Below are positions 60,128 to 64,000 of a DNA stretch of 64,000 nucleotides, one piece after another. The position numbers and the translations under genes are program-made. Location of the stretch: assembly GCA_965202985.1 (NCBI GenBank), contig CBDBCF010000001.1, positions 1,600,001 through 1,664,000 on the forward strand, in the 5' to 3' direction. The notes under the pieces were generated by a model. It worked only from the letters and a program-made list of their open reading frames with translations, did not search any database and had not been told where the DNA came from. Within the stretch, counting starts at the first letter, position 1. Every line of letters starts with the position of its first letter. Source of the stretch: Longimicrobiales bacterium (lineage in GTDB: Bacteria; Gemmatimonadota; Gemmatimonadetes; Longimicrobiales; Gaopeijiaceae).

Positions 60128-62302
60128 TCAGAACGCCTTCAAGTAGGTCAGCTTGGCCACGCCGGTGCGGCGTTGCCATCGTTCGGTTCGGGGGTCGCGA
60201 AGCGCACCGGTCAGATAGCCCGAGTCGAACACCAGGAACAGGTCGCTTCCCGGCGTGTGGATCCAGTTGATCCGCACGTTGGCCTGCATCATGTCGGACA
60301 CGTCGTCCCACTGCACCAGCGCGTTGGCGAACAGCGACCGGCTCACCGCCCCCAGCACCGTGACGCCGAACAACCGCGTGGCGAAGTCGCCGTCGCGCGC
60401 GGGCAGGCTGACGTCGTTCCACGCGTAGTCGCCACCGATCGTCAAGTACGGCCCCGTCTTCCACGCGCCGCCGACCGAAACCTCCGTCCGCGTGCCGCCC
60501 CAGAAGCCGCCCGTGGACACGCCGCCCCGTGACGACAGGCGCCGGCTCTCGTTGGTGCGGAAGCGAAGCTCGACGGTCGTGAACGCGTAGTCGCCCGCCG
60601 CCAGCTCGCGCCCCTGGATTCTCGCGGGCTGCCGCAACGCTTCGGTGCGGCGGCGCACGTTCGCGACGATCCAATCGCCCGACTCGAACGACAGCATGCT
60701 GTGCGACAACAAGGTTGTGCTCTGCCGGACGCCGTCGAGTCCCTGCACGTAACCGCCGTTCACCGCGGCGATCAGCTGGCGGGCCCAACGGCTCTGCTCG
60801 AAGCGCGGAAAGGCGGCCACCGAGCCTTCGTACCGCCGCATGTCCCGTCGGCGCACGAACCCCAGCGCGGGCTCGAATTCGCTCGGCACCTGGGTGAAGC
60901 CGGCGCGCGCCGAGAAGTTGCGGTTGCCTACGGTCGCCTGGGCGGACGCTGCCGTGGCGGCCTGTCCGCCGTCGCCGGAAGAACGCGCAGCCCACGCAAC
61001 CACCGAGCCGGAGCCCCCGAAGCGGATCTGCGCGTCCGCTCCCGCGACCTGGTTTTGCGCGGCGTCGGTCCTCAGCGACGTGAAGATGCCGCCGACGGTC
61101 GTGCGGGGAAGCGGGTCGGCGCGCAGGCGGAGCACGGAGTTGAGGCCGCCGGGAAGCCGGCTTCCGCCCGGGCGCCGGGCGTCGTCGGTGAACAGGCTCA
61201 GCGCGCCCACGGACACGGGGCCGGCCTGGCCCGTCAGGCGCCCGCCCCCGGCGATGTCGTTGTTGATGCCGATCCGGCGGCTGAAGAAGACCTCGGTTTC
61301 GCGGGCGTCGCCGAAGTCGAAGAGGCCCGCCCGTTCCAGGAAGAACTCTCGCTTCTCCGGGTAGAAGAGGCCGAAGCGGGTCAGGTTGATCTGGACGTTG
61401 TCCGCCTCCACCTGGGCGAAGTCCGGGTTCGCCGTGGCGTCCAGGGTCAGGTTGGACGTGATCGAGTACTTGAAGTCGAGGCCGATCTCGTCGAGGGCGC
61501 GGGTGGCGGCGGGCGCGTCTCCCGCGCGTCCCTCGGCGGACCGCCCGGCGATGGCGAAGGGCTTCACCTCCATGTAGCGGCCCCGGCGCAGGTCCTCCAG
61601 GCCGGTCAGCGTGGCGTACTGGGAGACCTGCGTGAGGCCCGAGCGGAACTCTTGGCCGACGTGGGGGAAGTACACGAACTCGTTGTTTCGCCGGATCGTG
61701 CGCTCCACCAGGATGCCCATCGTCGGCGCGGCTTCGTCGGAGAACCGGATCGTGGTGAAGGGGACCGCGGCCTCCACGACCCAGCCGTCCTCGGTGACGC
61801 GGGCCTCGCTCTCGTAGATGCCCTCCCAGTTCCAGTCGGCCAGCGTCATGGACTCGTCGGTGATCAGGGCGTCGCCCTGCGTGCCGAAGGGGTTGATCTC
61901 GAAGATGTAGGCGTTCCGCCGGTCGTGGTACGTGTCCAGCCCGATGCGGATGTTGTCGTCCTGGTCGATGCGCCCTTCGCGGTGGAGGATGCTGCGGCGG
62001 ATGCCGGCCGGGTCCGAGTCGTGGAGGACGAGAGCGAAGTACAGGTTGTTTCGGTCGAAGGCGACGCGCAGTTCGGTGCGCTCCGAAGCGGGGGCGCCGT
62101 CCACGGGGACGCGTTGCCGGAAGTCGGTGACGACCGGGACGTCTCGCCAGAAGGGCTCGTCCAGGACTGCGTCGATCACCGGTGGTTCCGGCGCCCTGAC
62201 TGCTTGGACGACGGCCTGTGCGCAAGCGACGCCCGCCGGAGGCGCGAGTCCGGCGGCGACGAGCAACAGGCACGCGGTCGCCAGGAGGCCCGGTGGCCGC
62301 AT
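60128..62302 (-). CDS. DUF5916 / CBM9-like outer-membrane-associated protein
   Basis: PVIDAVLDE..W, NPDFAQVEAD, EKREFFLE, FFSRRIG; terminal YLKAF. Confidence 0.82.
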   Translation of the reverse strand: MRPPGLLATACLLLVAAGLAPPAGVACAQAVVQAVRAPEPPVIDAVLDEPFWRDVPVVTDFRQRVPVDGAPASERTELRVAFDRNNLYFALVLHDSDPAGIRRSILHREGRIDQDDNIRIGLDTYHDRRNAYIFEINPFGTQGDALITDESMTLADWNWEGIYESEARVTEDGWVVEAAVPFTTIRFSDEAAPTMGILVERTIRRNNEFVYFPHVGQEFRSGLTQVSQYATLTGLEDLRRGRYMEVKPFAIAGRSAEGRAGDAPAATRALDEIGLDFKYSITSNLTLDATANPDFAQVEADNVQINLTRFGLFYPEKREFFLERAGLFDFGDARETEVFFSRRIGINNDIAGGGRLTGQAGPVSVGALSLFTDDARRPGGSRLPGGLNSVLRLRADPLPRTTVGGIFTSLRTDAAQNQVAGADAQIRFGGSGSVVAWAARSSGDGGQAATAASAQATVGNRNFSARAGFTQVPSEFEPALGFVRRRDMRRYEGSVAAFPRFEQSRWARQLIAAVNGGYVQGLDGVRQSTTLLSHSMLSFESGDWIVANVRRRTEALRQPARIQGRELAAGDYAFTTVELRFRTNESRRLSSRGGVSTGGFWGGTRTEVSVGGAWKTGPYLTIGGDYAWNDVSLPARDGDFATRLFGVTVLGAVSRSLFANALVQWDDVSDMMQANVRINWIHTPGSDLFLVFDSGYLTGALRDPRTERWQRRTGVAKLTYLKAF

Positions 62303-62333
62303 GGCTGTGGCGATTTGCGGCCTGCGGGCGGCG

Positions 62334-62630
62334 TCAGTCTTGGTCGTGGTCCGCGTCGTGGTGGGCGTCGGCGTCCTGGCGGCCGTTGTCGCCGTCGTCC
62401 CCGGCCTCGGCGTCGCACGTCTCCCGACGGCAGCAGCACGGGTCCAGGCGACAGCAGCACGACTCCGACCCGGCGCCGAAGCTCCAGCAGCAACCGCCGC
62501 CGCGCCGCCGCCTGCGCAACCAGCAGAAGAGCAGGACCAGCAGCAGGATGTGGGGCAGGCCGATGCGCACGGCTGCCGTCCAGAACGCCGCCAGCGAATA
62601 GAAGTACCCTTCGACGAACGTGCTCAGCAT
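62334..62630 (-). CDS. small membrane protein with Cys clusters and Asp/His tail
   Basis: GGAGGAG RBS; TM segment, RRRRR, CC/CCC/CCC, then DADAHHDADHDQD. Confidence 0.65.
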   Translation of the reverse strand: MLSTFVEGYFYSLAAFWTAAVRIGLPHILLLVLLFCWLRRRRRGGGCCWSFGAGSESCCCRLDPCCCRRETCDAEAGDDGDNGRQDADAHHDADHDQD

Positions 62631-62686
62631 CTTGTCTCCTCCGTTTGCCAATTCATACGCGCTGCGGCGCGTCTTGGTTTCGTCTC

Positions 62687-63730
62687 CTACCGTTCGCCCG
62701 AGCCGGGACGGCGCTCTCGGACCAGGGCAATTCGGTCGCCGGCAGGGCTGACCGCGATGCGGGAGATCGCTCCGGCCTCCGCGCCTTGGGCTCCCGCGCC
62801 TCCGGCGTTCCCGGCGCTCAACTCCGCCAAGAGTCTCCACCCCGAGTCCGGGGTCCAGTAGTGAAGGGCCGCCCCGTCGCCCATCAGGATTTCGCCGTGC
62901 GGAGTCCAGGCGTAGTCCTCGCGGCCGGGCAAGGTGCGGACCAGCCGCTCGGTCCGGCCCGAAGCCGGGTCGAGGCGCTCGATCCACCATTCTCCCTCGG
63001 CGAGCTTGTGCACGAACGAAATGTCGCCTGATCCAGCGATCCGGTGGATCGAACGACCCGGGTTGTCGACCACGGTTTGCAGCGTGCCGGACAGCGCGTC
63101 GCCGATCCGGAGGACGGGGGGGTCGCCCAGGACGAACAGAACCGCCACTCGCTCGTCGGCCCATGCGTGATAGCCCACCGGCTCGGCGGTCGAGAAGACG
63201 GGCCCCAGCGCGGCGCCGGCGTCGTCGTAGCGCCAGAGGTACTGCTTGCCTCGGATCTCGCGGATCGCCGAAAACGCCTCCTGTCCAGGGATCGGAGTCG
63301 GCGAGAACTCGCTGGCTTCGGGCGTGCGGGTCAGCCGTTCCGACCGGCCCGCGTCCAGGACGTACCGGAACGCCTCCGTCTGGATGGAGTCCACGGCGGA
63401 CGTGTAGTAGAGGCTGTTGCCGTCCGGACCGAAGCGGGGCTGGTTGTCGTAGCCGTCCCGGTCCGTGGCGTTGAACAGGTCGCGAACCAGCGGGGCGCCG
63501 TCGCTCGAGCGGTCGAGAACGCCAAGCCAGATGTCCGTCGACGGCGCCCCGGCCGCGGTGGGCCGGTAGTCGGCGGGGGCTGGACCGATCTCGGGCATGG
63601 GACCGTCGGCCGGGGTTCCGGCGAAGGGATCGGGCTCCGGCGCCGTGCAGGCCAGCGACAGCGGCAGAAGCAGCGCCGCCAGCGTCCGACTCGGAGCGGA
63701 TGTCCCGGCCATCGCGGCCGCCCAGGTCAT
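62687..63730 (-). CDS. TolB-like beta-propeller lipoprotein
   Basis: SLAC lipobox; GYDNQPRF, SEFSPTP, PVGYHAW and VSPAGD repeats. Confidence 0.78.
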   Translation of the reverse strand: MTWAAAMAGTSAPSRTLAALLLPLSLACTAPEPDPFAGTPADGPMPEIGPAPADYRPTAAGAPSTDIWLGVLDRSSDGAPLVRDLFNATDRDGYDNQPRFGPDGNSLYYTSAVDSIQTEAFRYVLDAGRSERLTRTPEASEFSPTPIPGQEAFSAIREIRGKQYLWRYDDAGAALGPVFSTAEPVGYHAWADERVAVLFVLGDPPVLRIGDALSGTLQTVVDNPGRSIHRIAGSGDISFVHKLAEGEWWIERLDPASGRTERLVRTLPGREDYAWTPHGEILMGDGAALHYWTPDSGWRLLAELSAGNAGGAGAQGAEAGAISRIAVSPAGDRIALVRERRPGSGER

Positions 63731-64000
63731 TGCGGTTGTTCGGCGCGACCGTGGTCGCCGCGCTCGCCGGCGTCCGCGCCCTGGGCGTCGTCGTCCGCGG
63801 CCGTTGTCGGCGGCTGCGTCAGTTCGCGGCTCAGAGCGGTCGCCTCCAAACCCCAGGCGGCCAAGACGCGATCCGATTCCGGGTCTCCGGCCCCGGCCAC
63901 GCCCAGCAAGAGGTGGACTCCGGTGGTGGCGGGCCACCCGCGCGCCGAGCTGAACTCCACCGCCGCGGCAAGCGCCGCGTGCGACGAAGGCGAGAAGGGA
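63727..64000 (-). CDS. C-terminus of a protein with a Clp-N-like repeat (5' part lies outside the window)
   Basis: HLLLGV...VLAAWG motif; TGA overlaps the next ATG. Confidence 0.5.
   Translation of the reverse strand, partial: PFSPSSHAALAAAVEFSSARGWPATTGVHLLLGVAGAGDPESDRVLAAWGLEATALSRELTQPPTTAADDDAQGADAGERGDHGRAEQPQ

Overview
A high-GC bacterial chromosome segment whose gene repertoire suggests Gemmatimonadota (inference only). Most of it is intact housekeeping, metabolic and envelope genes: asparaginase, a leuB-like dehydrogenase, thiolase, hbd, rpsU, a ychF-like ATPase, PduO, ferredoxin, a Na+/solute symporter, ggt, lon, selD, ygfZ, ypdA, tRNA-Glu and tRNA-Val, amidohydrolases, a DASS transporter and DUF5916. 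An ~18 kb accessory defence island lies at ~21.5-39.7 kb. It holds a type I restriction-modification system (hsdM, hsdS, hsdR) spread over 16 kb. Two highly diverged copies of an uncharacterised two-gene module (HxN..HxH DUF6978-like protein plus DUF1828/DUF1829-like protein) sit in it: one translationally coupled to hsdM, the other divergent from hsdR. hsdM runs in frame into a PIN toxin-like domain that is split by an IS with a CTAG duplication, and a second, decayed hsdM-tip/PIN/antitoxin-like cassette follows. The island also has a decayed AlbA/RecG-C gene, three IS elements and an istB remnant. Outside the island: SelD has an in-frame UGA (selenocysteine) with a SECIS-like hairpin, an orphan lipoprotein is built from three tandem solute-binding domains, a perfect sigma-54 promoter precedes a small gene with a probable ATT start, and there is a small Cys-cluster/His-Asp membrane protein. 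All family assignments come from motif recognition, not database searches.
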